A stretch of 64,000 bases of DNA from the IMG/VR virus record IMGVR_UViG_3300001592_000009. One strand, 5' to 3'. This stretch comes from an uncultured virus (IMG/VR IMGVR_UViG_3300001592_000009). Lineage: Duplodnaviria; Heunggongvirae; Uroviricota; Caudoviricetes. The notes below the pieces were generated by a model, which had not been told where the DNA came from, made no database searches, and saw only the letters and a list, made by a program, of their open reading frames with translations. Made by a program: the position numbers and the translations under genes. Of the stretch, positions 47,939-57,283 are shown one piece after another (position 1 is the first letter of the stretch; each line of letters opens with the position of its first letter).

Positions 47939-48843
47939 GACTTACTCCCTACTGCGGAGGTTTTGTTTTGGATACTGCGAGCTTCTCGCTGGGCTGATTT
48001 GTACTGCTCGTACTTGGCCAACTCCTTCATGAAGAACTCCTCTACACGGGGGATTCGTGCGTTGTCGTGAAGCAGTGATTCACTGTAACGGCGATAACTC
48101 TCCAGGGGTGCTGCAAAGGTGTCAGNCGACATCAAAAAGAAAGACAACAGGTTTTTGGCTGTATCTTCATCGTTGTCCGTGACAAGTCCTTCATCCACAT
48201 ACGGGTAGTAGACTGCAGCTGGCTGTTCGAGCATCATCCCGCTAGAGAGCAGAAGATACGCAATGTTGTCTGTCCCGCAGGCCTGGAAATACTCCTCCAT
48301 CCTTTTACGGGATTCGCTAACATCCACTGAAGGGGGCGAGGCTGCAGCTTCCTTGTCTTGAAGGAACCTTTTGATTCCGTCAAGAGCTTGTGGTAGGTTG
48401 GAGTTCTCGCTATCCAGCATTGCCATCACAGTTCCCATGCCGATGTCTGTGAGCTGCTCTACAACCATGCCAAACGTCTCTTCGGGCATCTGGTTGCTTT
48501 CAAGGATGCGGAGAATAGGGACATAGTCTTCCACTGACTGGATGAGGAACAGAGAAGAGAGTACTTTGTTCGCCTGATCGAGTCTGACTTCCTCGAACAG
48601 AACGATGGAGTGCTCCTCCAGAACCTTGCGGATGCCCTGCGCCATGGTCTCATGGAATCGCAGACTGGCAAGCTCAGGGTCTTCGGACTCAGGGTCAAAG
48701 AAAACGTCGTTCAGCTGTTCATAGATGATGTTGTATTCAAACACATCCATAAGAGCCAAGGAGTCTTGATAGACCTGCTGCATTTCAAGACTGTAGTTGC
48801 TGGACGTGAATGACTGTATCACTTCCATGGTGTTGTTGAACAT
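47935..48843 (-). CDS. Conserved hypothetical protein coupled to the RNAP subunit
   Basis: Start MFNNTM. ATGA overlap with the RNAP gene. Confidence 0.65.
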   Translation of the reverse strand: MFNNTMEVIQSFTSSNYSLEMQQVYQDSLALMDVFEYNIIYEQLNDVFFDPESEDPELASLRFHETMAQGIRKVLEEHSIVLFEEVRLDQANKVLSSLFLIQSVEDYVPILRILESNQMPEETFGMVVEQLTDIGMGTVMAMLDSENSNLPQALDGIKRFLQDKEAAASPPSVDVSESRKRMEEYFQACGTDNIAYLLLSSGMMLEQPAAVYYPYVDEGLVTDNDEDTAKNLLSFFLMSXDTFAAPLESYRRYSESLLHDNARIPRVEEFFMKELAKYEQYKSAQREARSIQNKTSAVGSKS

Positions 48844-48985
48844 AGCGGTCCTTAGAAACTGTTGGGTGGTCGAGCACTGCGGCTCGTCACGGGATCTTCG
48901 GTAGAAGGTAAATTCTCCTCTTCGGCCAAATGCTCTAGGTGCAGCACGCAACTACATTTCTTTCAATCACCAAAGGAGCCCGTCG

Positions 48986-49555
48986 ATGGCAAAGTCCAAA
49001 GTCATTAAGCATTCCACCGGAATGAAGCCTCGTGTCAGTCCCGTCGCCGGCGCTGTCCGCACCATGTCACGTCCTTCGAAGGGCAGTCTGCAGCTGCCTA
49101 CTGACGACGCCCAGCGCCAGACCTGGGACGCTTTGGAAGCCATCAGTATGGCCATCCGGAACGAGATCCAGGAAATGGCTGAGAACCTCCACGAGTCGGT
49201 GGAGCTGGTGAGGGTGGCCGGTGGCGTGAACGTGAATGAGTTCGACGTTGCTGTCAAGAAGACAAACAAAGACTTGCAGGACTTCACGACGGACTTCCTG
49301 AAGATTGCCGACACCCACAAGGGTCGAACAGGTACGGTGAAAGACGAAAACGAACTGGCGGACTGCCTCGAGATCTACGAGAAGTACATGCAGTTCAAAG
49401 CGTTGTTCAACGGCGTTTTCCATCACACTGCCATCCTTTTCACGGAGTTCTCCCTGCAAGCCAAAGACGCTATGGAGGACGCGATGATCAAGGAAGCCAA
49501 GGATGTCGCTGAGCAGAAAGCCGCCTTGGTGGAAGAGCCCAAAGCTATCCAGTAA
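48986..49555 (+). CDS. Hypothetical helical protein
   Basis: 189 aa, SD AAGGAG. Confidence 0.65.
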   Translation: MAKSKVIKHSTGMKPRVSPVAGAVRTMSRPSKGSLQLPTDDAQRQTWDALEAISMAIRNEIQEMAENLHESVELVRVAGGVNVNEFDVAVKKTNKDLQDFTTDFLKIADTHKGRTGTVKDENELADCLEIYEKYMQFKALFNGVFHHTAILFTEFSLQAKDAMEDAMIKEAKDVAEQKAALVEEPKAIQ

Positions 49556-49582
49556 TCACCCACCCATTCAATCGGAGCTGAG

Positions 49583-51214
49583 ATGAGTAACGAGAACCAA
49601 GAAAACAAACAGAACGCTGTCGACGACCTTCTGAAGGCTGATGAGACCAGCGGCAAGGTCCAGATGTCTTCCTCCCCGGAACCGGCTATTGCTCAAACTG
49701 AGCCGAAGGATACATCGGCAACTGAGCAACAAGCTCCCGAGAACACGGAATACGTACTGAAGCGAACCGTTGAGAACGCGGATCAAACCTTCATCACCTC
49801 CACGCCCCGCACAGCCGGTGCTCCCGACGTCGTCGTGATCCCTCCCGAGAACACGGAAGTGATTCGGGAGAGTCTGGCCAACACGCCCAATTTGGACATC
49901 CTGAAGAGCGGTGGTCAGATGCGGTGGCTGGAGACGGTGAAAGAAGCTGTCACCATGACACCGATGTCAGGCATGTATACCAAGCGATTGGCTGACACCA
50001 AAGCCGCATTTGCACAGCAGGTGGAGTACGGCGGTCAGATCCTGCGTGGTGTGGCTCCCAGCCTGAATCCGAAGCCTGGTCGCCGGGAAGAAGAAGGAGA
50101 GATGGCTCTCATCAAACTGATGACCCACATGGGTGTTGGTGGTTTCTTCCGAGCTCCTCTGTGGAACAGTGGGATCTGGGTGATGTTCAAGCCTGCGTCG
50201 GAAGACGAGCTGGATGAATTGAACCGCATCATCTACAGCGACAAGGTCCAGTTGGGTCGTTGGAGCTATGGTCTGGCTCTGGGTAACAGCACGGTCTACA
50301 CTCTGGATCGTGTTTTTGACTTCTGTCTTTCCAAGGTCTATCAGACCAGTGTGCGTACGGAAGAGCTGCCTTTGGAGAAACTGCGGGACTACATCCTGCC
50401 GCAGGACGCCATGTCCTTCATCTGGGGTTTCCTCTGCGCCAACTATCCTTCCGGTTTCCACTACGAGACTCCGTGCATCAACGATCCTTCGAAATGCACC
50501 CATGTCTTCGAAGAGAACCTGAATGTCACCAAGCTGCAGTGGGCTGACAGCTCCATGCTGACCGAGAGTCAGAAGGCACATATGTGTGGCTTTTCAGGCA
50601 ACTCCAAGTCCTTGGAGTCGGTGAAGAAGTACCAGGAAGAGATGAAGGCAACGAAGTCTCGTCGGGTGGTGTTGAACGAAGGCACCAAGCACGAAGTGGC
50701 GTTCGTCTTGAAGACGCCCACCATGACCGAGTACATCACCCAAGGTCATCAGTGGGTATCCAGCATCGTGGAAGCTGTCAATCGTGCTCTGGGTAGCAAC
50801 GCTACAGACCGTGAACGCAACGACCAGATCACCCGCCAGTCTAAGGCGGCGACAATCTGTCAATATGCGCACTGGATCGAGAGCCTGGAGTACGGTGAGA
50901 TCACAGCGAACCCGAACAACCCTGACGACAACGCAGTGGCGGTGATCCGCAACCAGGAAACCCTGCTGGAATCGCTGAAGTCTCTCAGCTCCATCGACTC
51001 GATCCGCAACAAGATCATCGACGCAGTCAAGGACTACATCGAAGAGAGCACGGTCTCCATTATCGGTGTGCCGGCCTATACCTGCCCTGTCTGTCAAAAA
51101 GACCAAGTCGGTGAGACCAAGTACCCGCGCCGCACCACGGTGATCCCACTGGACATCCTCCAGGTTTTTTTCGCCCTGCTTATTCAGCGGTTAAGCAGGA
51201 TCGAGAATCGATAA
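49583..51214 (+). CDS. Conserved phiKZ-like protein, candidate tail/baseplate assembly chaperone
   Basis: PLWNSG.W, C......C and CPVC motifs. Ends over a slippery site and pseudoknot. Confidence 0.6.
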   Translation: MSNENQENKQNAVDDLLKADETSGKVQMSSSPEPAIAQTEPKDTSATEQQAPENTEYVLKRTVENADQTFITSTPRTAGAPDVVVIPPENTEVIRESLANTPNLDILKSGGQMRWLETVKEAVTMTPMSGMYTKRLADTKAAFAQQVEYGGQILRGVAPSLNPKPGRREEEGEMALIKLMTHMGVGGFFRAPLWNSGIWVMFKPASEDELDELNRIIYSDKVQLGRWSYGLALGNSTVYTLDRVFDFCLSKVYQTSVRTEELPLEKLRDYILPQDAMSFIWGFLCANYPSGFHYETPCINDPSKCTHVFEENLNVTKLQWADSSMLTESQKAHMCGFSGNSKSLESVKKYQEEMKATKSRRVVLNEGTKHEVAFVLKTPTMTEYITQGHQWVSSIVEAVNRALGSNATDRERNDQITRQSKAATICQYAHWIESLEYGEITANPNNPDDNAVAVIRNQETLLESLKSLSSIDSIRNKIIDAVKDYIEESTVSIIGVPAYTCPVCQKDQVGETKYPRRTTVIPLDILQVFFALLIQRLSRIENR

Positions 51215-51223
51215 AGCCGCTGA
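51166..51223 (+). promoter_or_regulatory. -1 programmed ribosomal frameshift signal (slippery heptamer plus H-type pseudoknot)
   Basis: T_TTT_TTC at 51166-51172 in the correct phase. Stem 1: 51175-82 with 51192-99. Stem 2: 51184-90 with 51217-23. Confidence 0.75.
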
Positions 51224-51249
51224 TCGCTTCCGGAGACTTCGGAAGACAA

Positions 51250-51627
51250 GTGGACTTCCGATCGTTTCTGGAGGACGTGACCAAGATCCCGAGGACCTTG
51301 AGTTCTCTGGAGACACGGATCTTCATGCAGGACCAGTACGAGATTCGCACAGGTATCTTCGACCACGTCACAAATGGGGCTGAGAGACCTCTCTCCAGTG
51401 TGGCGATGTTTCCATCGGAGGACTTCACATCGAATGGAAAGACCTACGACATACTCCAGAAGTATGCTCAAGGGAACTACCGTGAGATCTGGGGTCTGAG
51501 CATCGAGGAGTATCTCCAGCTTCCTCAATGGAAGACCCGGATGATGGAAAAGATCGCTGATGAGATCCTGAAGAAGAAAACGAAGGCTCTAGACGCAGAG
51601 ATCGGCAAAGTCCAGGGTAAGTCATAG
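51250..51627 (+). CDS. Small conserved ORF, probably the -1 frameshift extension of 49583-51214
   Basis: Frame is open from the slippery site, GTG start is weak, WGLSIEEYLQLP motif resembles tail-chaperone extensions. Confidence 0.65.
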   Translation: MDFRSFLEDVTKIPRTLSSLETRIFMQDQYEIRTGIFDHVTNGAERPLSSVAMFPSEDFTSNGKTYDILQKYAQGNYREIWGLSIEEYLQLPQWKTRMMEKIADEILKKKTKALDAEIGKVQGKS

Positions 51628-51628
51628 G

Positions 51629-51677
51629 CGGCACAACACACACCAGGTAGGGCTACGCCCTACCTGGTGCTGTGACG
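51629..51677. terminator. Bidirectional hairpin terminator, TRTG class
   Basis: CGGCACA...CACCAGGTAGGGC / GCCCTACCTGGTG...TGTGACG. Confidence 0.75.
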
Positions 51678-51681
51678 GCTG

Positions 51682-53550
51682 TTAAACGGGCTTTAAATGG
51701 CTCTGAGAGGGTGTCTTGCGGTGCGCCACTATCCCAGTGGTCATGACTGTGACATGCATACGGCGTTTCTCCCCCAGGAACTTGTCCATGCGTACCCTGT
51801 CGATGGTGGTGACATAAGGTACGTTGGAACAGTTCTTCTGTGGACGTCGGCGCCGTTTGTCTTTGTAGAAGCGGTCGATAAAGATCTCGTCCGTTCTGTC
51901 GTCTGGTGGAAGGTTGTTGGTGACATGGCGATAGTAGACAGGGTCTTTGGTCCGGTAATGGTTCCGGATCATATTCACATCCACGCAGTCAAGAAAGGAC
52001 TGACCTTCAACATCAGGCCACATTGGGGCTCCGTACCAGCCGGCGGGTGCCGAAGGATGGCTGGGCGCGTACTGGTTGCCGTAGTGACTACCTGTAAGGT
52101 AGTAGTAAAGCTCAGAGACTTCATAGGGTTGAATCTCTGACCTTCCGCGCAAGTTATTGAAGTCTGGGCTCTGTCGAAAACCTTCATTGATAGCTCCGAG
52201 AACTTTCACGAAAGCTCTCGATGAATCTATCAGTCGATCGATGCCTTCCTTCATGACAGTTCCGATATCGGCGTAGATAGCGAAGCGGACATGGTGGGTC
52301 TGTCGGAGGTTCAGAGGAAGTACGGACTTCACTAGGAGGTCATCTGTGACTTCCAAGATCCCATCCGGAGCCAGCTTCCCATTGCGGTAAAGGGAGATGT
52401 GGAACATAGACTTCATGACGCGTGTCATGTAGGCTGTCTCTTTGTAGAGATGCTCCAGGATATCGGGATCGATGATAAAGTCACCCAGGTCCTTCAGATC
52501 CAACAACGTGTGCTTGTCCTCTTCGACACAGCAAAGTGCTTGGAAGACAGTCGCAGTGTTCGGTATCAGTTCTTCTGGTTTGAAGTCGTCAAAGTCAGGG
52601 ATGCGGATAAAGGGTTCTTCTCTCCGGATCTTCAGGCTCTGTGTATCGGCTTCAAACATCTGTAACGCACGGTACGTGCGGTTGTTGTAGGGAAGACGGT
52701 AGAGAGGGTCTTCCTGGTCATGGATGTAACTCAGATAGCGTTCAGGCAGAAGCTGGTTGTGCACCATGGTCGGATAGTCGATAAACATCGACTCCGGCTT
52801 CTGAAAGCTGAACTTGTAGGCAAACGCGATCTCCCACATCCCTGTAGCCTGCTCATGTGTAGGTCTTGAGGGAAGCCCAGCAAAGTCGAAAAGACCCTGG
52901 ATACGGGACTGCTTTTCCTTGACAGCCACGATACCTTTTTCACCAGCTCGGTTAGCGAGAATAGTAAAGCGGTCTGTCCCGTAGTTGGAGAGATAACCTT
53001 CAAAGCTATCTCCGTAAGGCTCTACGGTCTCTCGGAGCTGATGGATCTCCTTGAGGATCTCCAAGAACTCATAAGGGATAGCGTAGGTGTATTCCACGCT
53101 ATGGAGGTTCAGGTCACGACCCCTGGACGTCTTGGTCTTCATAGCAGCCATCCACCGAAGGACCTCGGTCTCACTGGTGGAGCGATACCGGATAGCGATA
53201 GAGACATCCACGGTCGAGTAGATGGGGCGGAGAGAGCACCTCAGAGACTTGTCTTCAAAGACAGGCACTTGATCGTACTCCATGGTGATCATCTCCTGGA
53301 TGGAGTTCACGTCATCGGTCTCCGTCACCTCGATGTAGGTGGCTCTGTCTTGTGTGAAGCGAGCTTCCTTCTCACCGACATTGTCGATGTTGGACCCAGG
53401 TGTCTGGTGCGGGCCGTTCAGACGGCTGTAGTAAATGTTGGTATCTTTGGAGAGGGAGGTGATCTCAAAGATCTGCTCCATGATTGCCATCACCACTGGT
53501 CTGGTGACGGTTTGTTCTACATCTACGAGTTCAACTATTTGGGAAGGCAT
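51682..53550 (-). CDS. phiKZ-like virion structural protein
   Basis: Start MPSQIV with SD AGGAG. TVTRPV, YPTMVHNQL and HHVRF motifs. Confidence 0.65.
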   Translation of the reverse strand: MPSQIVELVDVEQTVTRPVVMAIMEQIFEITSLSKDTNIYYSRLNGPHQTPGSNIDNVGEKEARFTQDRATYIEVTETDDVNSIQEMITMEYDQVPVFEDKSLRCSLRPIYSTVDVSIAIRYRSTSETEVLRWMAAMKTKTSRGRDLNLHSVEYTYAIPYEFLEILKEIHQLRETVEPYGDSFEGYLSNYGTDRFTILANRAGEKGIVAVKEKQSRIQGLFDFAGLPSRPTHEQATGMWEIAFAYKFSFQKPESMFIDYPTMVHNQLLPERYLSYIHDQEDPLYRLPYNNRTYRALQMFEADTQSLKIRREEPFIRIPDFDDFKPEELIPNTATVFQALCCVEEDKHTLLDLKDLGDFIIDPDILEHLYKETAYMTRVMKSMFHISLYRNGKLAPDGILEVTDDLLVKSVLPLNLRQTHHVRFAIYADIGTVMKEGIDRLIDSSRAFVKVLGAINEGFRQSPDFNNLRGRSEIQPYEVSELYYYLTGSHYGNQYAPSHPSAPAGWYGAPMWPDVEGQSFLDCVDVNMIRNHYRTKDPVYYRHVTNNLPPDDRTDEIFIDRFYKDKRRRRPQKNCSNVPYVTTIDRVRMDKFLGEKRRMHVTVMTTGIVAHRKTPSQSHLKPV

Positions 53551-53584
53551 ATCGACTCCTTGTTCAGAGGATCTTAGGCTCGTT

Positions 53585-54013
53585 CTAAGCAAAAAGAAAA
53601 CCACCCGCGAGGGGTGGCTTCTTTAGCCGCGGTTTTAGACCGTCGGCCATTGCAGCGACGATCATGCGATTGGCTTCACCCGTTCGATCGATTTCGCGAT
53701 TGACTTGGAGCTTGAAAGCATCAAGGTTCTCCACCTTTTGGAGGTGGGTCAACCAAATACCATTAAGCCGACTGTTGTCCACGACAGCATTGGCTACGTA
53801 GAGCCCGTGGTCCTTGAGGGTCACGTAGACCTTCGTAGTAGGCGCTGATGGGTTCTGATTCTCAATCTCCTCTTCACGCCGCTGACCGGCGTGGAAGAAC
53901 ATGGCCTTCACCACACCGACCACGCCCAATTCCTCGGCTTCCACCGAGTAGGCTGTGATAAGATTCTCCACGGTGTCCAGGTCATAGGTGTTGTTTTCAG
54001 CATTGACGATCAT
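53585..54013 (-). CDS. Hypothetical protein
   Basis: SD AGGAG, promoter-like motif upstream. The 3' end overlaps a terminator. Confidence 0.6.
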   Translation of the reverse strand: MIVNAENNTYDLDTVENLITAYSVEAEELGVVGVVKAMFFHAGQRREEEIENQNPSAPTTKVYVTLKDHGLYVANAVVDNSRLNGIWLTHLQKVENLDAFKLQVNREIDRTGEANRMIVAAMADGLKPRLKKPPLAGGFLFA

Positions 54014-54070
54014 GACTTTCTCCTAAATTGACTATGGTTCTTCAGACATTGAAGGCTACCATTCACTTTA

Positions 54071-54087
54071 GATATATGTCGCCATAA
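54071..54087 (-). promoter_or_regulatory. Putative early-type phage promoter motif
   Basis: TTATGGCGACATATATC. Confidence 0.5.
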
Positions 54088-54098
54088 TTTCACAGGGG

Positions 54099-54142
54099 CA
54101 GCATAGCTCCCCCTCCGGCCTTTTGAGCCGGAGGGGGAGCTA
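54099..54142 (-). terminator. Hairpin terminator of the major capsid gene, TRTG class
   Basis: 16-bp stem TAGCTCCCCCTCCGGC / GCCGGAGGGGGAGCTA running into TATGCTG. Confidence 0.8.
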
Positions 54143-54171
54143 CTAGGGGGTGTCAACCGCCAGAGGCCGGA

Positions 54172-56382
54172 TTAGGGCACTTCGTGGAAGTTGATGTTCA
54201 GCTTGCGCAGCACGTTCGGCACGTTGTTGAAGGTCAACAGCGTAGCGACCGGGAGGTGGTTCACGAAGCGATAGCGCGGCTGCACGATCGTCTCACGCGA
54301 CATGGACTCGCCACGAGGCACCGAAGCGTGNTGCACGACTTCAGGAGCCCAGATCAGGTTGCCCCAGTTCAGGATGTTCGGAGCCGTGTTGCGGTTCTCN
54401 TCGAACACACCGAAGGTCATGAACACCTTGCCGGAGAAGCGGCGGTCCAGGGTGTCAACGATCTTCATGTTGAACTTGTCGGTCAACGTACGCAGATCGC
54501 CGTCNGCCAGGATGTAGCGACGGATGATCGGATCGGTGGCCACGATGATCGTGGGCACTTCAGCCTGACCCAGTGCCGAAGCAGCTGCCGGGTACTCGGA
54601 CTCGACGTGCATGCGGAAGGCGTAGTCGCGCAGGATGTTCACGATGGAGGCTTGCAGGTCAGCCAGGCGGTTCGCCGAGCTCCAGCTGTCCACGATCGTG
54701 GTAGCGTCGATAGCGGCCGGTTCGAAGAACGTGGGACGGACGTGGAAGCGCGAAGCGCCCAGACCTTCCGGCAGTTCCAGCGGGTCGCCCGACTGGGTGT
54801 GGTTGCGCAGACCTTCAACGGCGTCGAACACGGCGGTCACGGCGTCGTTCTTCAGGCGGAAGCGGGTCGTGGTCACCAGGGCTTCGAAGTCACCGGCATC
54901 CATCTGACCATCGGTCGACTGAGGACGCTGAGCGGTCACGGGGGACAGCAGCGGGACATCATAGAGCTGGGTGAAGCTGGTGCGGTCGATGAAGTCGCCA
55001 CGCTCACGCATGTTGACGTTGGTGACCCATGCACGAACATCGTAACCTTCGATGGTGGCAGCACGGAAGGCAGCCAGGATGGCGTCCACGTCCACGTCGG
55101 TCGCAGGCAGCACCTTCATGTCGGAGTCCAGCACGCGCACTGCAGCGACCTTGTTGCCGAAGACCTGGACCGTGCCGAACTCGGTGTTGGCCGAACCAGC
55201 CATCTTCAGCGAAACGCCGATGGTCAGGTTGCGGGTGGCGACAGCAGCCAGAGCGCCAGCCAGTGCCGAGCCGTCCACGTTCAAGGTGTTCTTGTTGATG
55301 CGAGGCGACTTGGTGTCGAGACTCAGCATCTTCATCTTGTCCGTGCCCTGCGGCGCGTAAGTGAAGTTGGACGAAGGCAGACCCAGGGTCTTCAAGCGGA
55401 TGACGTTGTCACCGACCTTGATGTAGACGTTCTTCAGATCGATAGCCGGGTCCAGCGTATCGGTTTGGTTGGGAGCGCCACCTTCCAGCTTGGCGTCGGT
55501 GCTGTTCAGACCGATGATGCCGATTTCTTCACCGACGCGCAGAGGAGCCGTGCGGCGGGTCTCACCTTCGACAGTGATGTCGTAATCGGCAACGATGGCG
55601 TTGTCCACGAACTTCTCGGCAGCTGCCGGACGGAAGATCGGGTACACGCTGGTGCGTTCCTTGCGAAGGATCGTGTGGTCTGCTTCAGCGCGCATCAGGT
55701 CGACCTTGCCGAAGTCCACGGGCTTGCCGTCCACGGTGTGGGTCACGCCGCGATGGATGGTCAGGCGGTTCACCACGATGCCGAAGCCGACTTGGTCCGC
55801 AGGCAGGGTCAGGGTAGGCCACAGCGTTTCGCCGAAGTCACCTTGACGGGCCACGCTGTAGTTGTACGCCATGGTGTACAGCACAGCCGAGCGGGTTTCG
55901 CGGTTGTCGAACGCTTCGGTAGCGAACACGCTGGAACGGTGACCCAGGTAGTTGGGCACGCCGTCGCCAGAGACCACGAAGGTGTTGCCGCTGGACTGAC
56001 GGGGGAAGCTCACTTCACGCGACAGGTACTCACCAGCCACGGAGGCCAGATGGGCTGCTGTCACGGCGGCCGTCTCCTGCACGAAGCGGCGCGACTTCTC
56101 ACGCAGGGCTTCGACACCGGTCATCTTGTTGTCGTCGAGGCTCAGAGCGCTCAGCACGCTGGTCAACACAGAGCTCATGGTCTGTGCAGAGCGGTTCAGC
56201 ATCGTCAGCTGTTCGCCGCTGATGCTTTCCGTTGCAAACGTGGCGCGAGCCACGCTGTCAGCCACCGGAGCCGTGTCCAACAGGGCACGATTCAGTTCTT
56301 TGAAAAAGGTCACATCAGTGCTTGCTTGCGGCAGGCTGTCGGACCGGACCTGGATTTGTTGGTTCATACTCTTTCGCCTCAT
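54172..56382 (-). CDS. Major capsid protein (phiKZ gp120-like)
   Basis: About 735 aa. Propeptide ending ATE-AFD, YN....RQ.DFGE..WPT, N.N.RERG and QPRY..VNHLP motifs. Strong codon bias. Near DnaB as in phiKZ. Confidence 0.9.
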   Translation of the reverse strand: MRRKSMNQQIQVRSDSLPQASTDVTFFKELNRALLDTAPVADSVARATFATESISGEQLTMLNRSAQTMSSVLTSVLSALSLDDNKMTGVEALREKSRRFVQETAAVTAAHLASVAGEYLSREVSFPRQSSGNTFVVSGDGVPNYLGHRSSVFATEAFDNRETRSAVLYTMAYNYSVARQGDFGETLWPTLTLPADQVGFGIVVNRLTIHRGVTHTVDGKPVDFGKVDLMRAEADHTILRKERTSVYPIFRPAAAEKFVDNAIVADYDITVEGETRRTAPLRVGEEIGIIGLNSTDAKLEGGAPNQTDTLDPAIDLKNVYIKVGDNVIRLKTLGLPSSNFTYAPQGTDKMKMLSLDTKSPRINKNTLNVDGSALAGALAAVATRNLTIGVSLKMAGSANTEFGTVQVFGNKVAAVRVLDSDMKVLPATDVDVDAILAAFRAATIEGYDVRAWVTNVNMRERGDFIDRTSFTQLYDVPLLSPVTAQRPQSTDGQMDAGDFEALVTTTRFRLKNDAVTAVFDAVEGLRNHTQSGDPLELPEGLGASRFHVRPTFFEPAAIDATTIVDSWSSANRLADLQASIVNILRDYAFRMHVESEYPAAASALGQAEVPTIIVATDPIIRRYILXDGDLRTLTDKFNMKIVDTLDRRFSGKVFMTFGVFXENRNTAPNILNWGNLIWAPEVVXHASVPRGESMSRETIVQPRYRFVNHLPVATLLTFNNVPNVLRKLNINFHEVP

Positions 56383-56454
56383 GAGGTTTTGATTTGACGT
56401 GGTTTTGATGCCGGTAGCGCTACCGGACCCACGTCGGGGACAGTGACAACAAAA

Positions 56455-57183
56455 TTACAGACTTGCCTGTTGAAGGACATGTACATAATTCCGATACCAC
56501 ACGGAAAGGTTCACTGTCGAGATCGGCAGCGCTGCATAAGCAGCTTTCAGAACCTGTTGAAAGAAGGACAGCCGCGCGGCTTTTCCCGAGATACGGGACA
56601 GGAACCCTTCCTCCACAATGATATACAGGGAATCGTTGACGTACTCGACACGATAGCCCAGAGACTTAGGATCTATGCCGGGCGTAACGCCAGGCACGAA
56701 CGCGATAGGAAAGACTTCTTCGCAGACAGGCTGACCGTCGTCGGTGTCCCGATAGCGCGCCATCACCGTGCGGCGGAACGACTCGTCCTGCTCGTAGAGC
56801 GTGACGGAAGCTTTGTACTCACTGTATTGTTCATCTGTGAGCACAGGCTGGTTCATGGCGCGGTCTTCGAAGTTCTTAACCTTGAAGAAACTATGCATGT
56901 ACGGCTCATGGCGGGATCCGTTCCGAACCTCTTTCTCCTGGGTCAGGAAACAGTTCGTGACCACCAGAGCTCCGATATCCTGGAGAGAAGCCACCTGTCG
57001 GACTTTTCCATAGTCATGGATCTCACCCAGGCTGTACTTCCTGGTAAAGGCTCGATGGATCCAGGCCGGCACGATGAAGGCACGCAACTGATCTCGACCT
57101 CCCTGGAAGTCGGAGATAGGGCGATTGGCAGGACTGGCCTGCTGTGACCAGCCGTGTACATTCGGCGGATTCGAGGTATACAT
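56455..57183 (-). CDS. Hypothetical protein between the helicase and major capsid genes
   Basis: 242 aa, SD AAGGAG. Confidence 0.65.
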   Translation of the reverse strand: MYTSNPPNVHGWSQQASPANRPISDFQGGRDQLRAFIVPAWIHRAFTRKYSLGEIHDYGKVRQVASLQDIGALVVTNCFLTQEKEVRNGSRHEPYMHSFFKVKNFEDRAMNQPVLTDEQYSEYKASVTLYEQDESFRRTVMARYRDTDDGQPVCEEVFPIAFVPGVTPGIDPKSLGYRVEYVNDSLYIIVEEGFLSRISGKAARLSFFQQVLKAAYAALPISTVNLSVWYRNYVHVLQQASL

Positions 57184-57283
57184 AACACTCCTTGTGTTTT
57201 AGCTGGCGAGAAGAGGGGATAAAAGCTGTTCAGGTCGGATATGCTCTGGCCCAAAACAATCAAATCAAGACGGAATTCTCGAC

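Noticed and set aside
53585..53625. ORF stop lying beyond its intrinsic terminator (possible non-stop mRNA)
   Set aside because: A single case, explicable by an indel or by termination a few nt further on. It cannot be supported from sequence alone.
54184..56397. 737-aa antisense ORF over the capsid gene (similar ones at 61584-63314, 17567-19378, 20871-22505, 28317-29480)
   Set aside because: In-register mirror frames that stay open because the biased sense codons avoid TTA/CTA/TCA. Their composition is unnatural.
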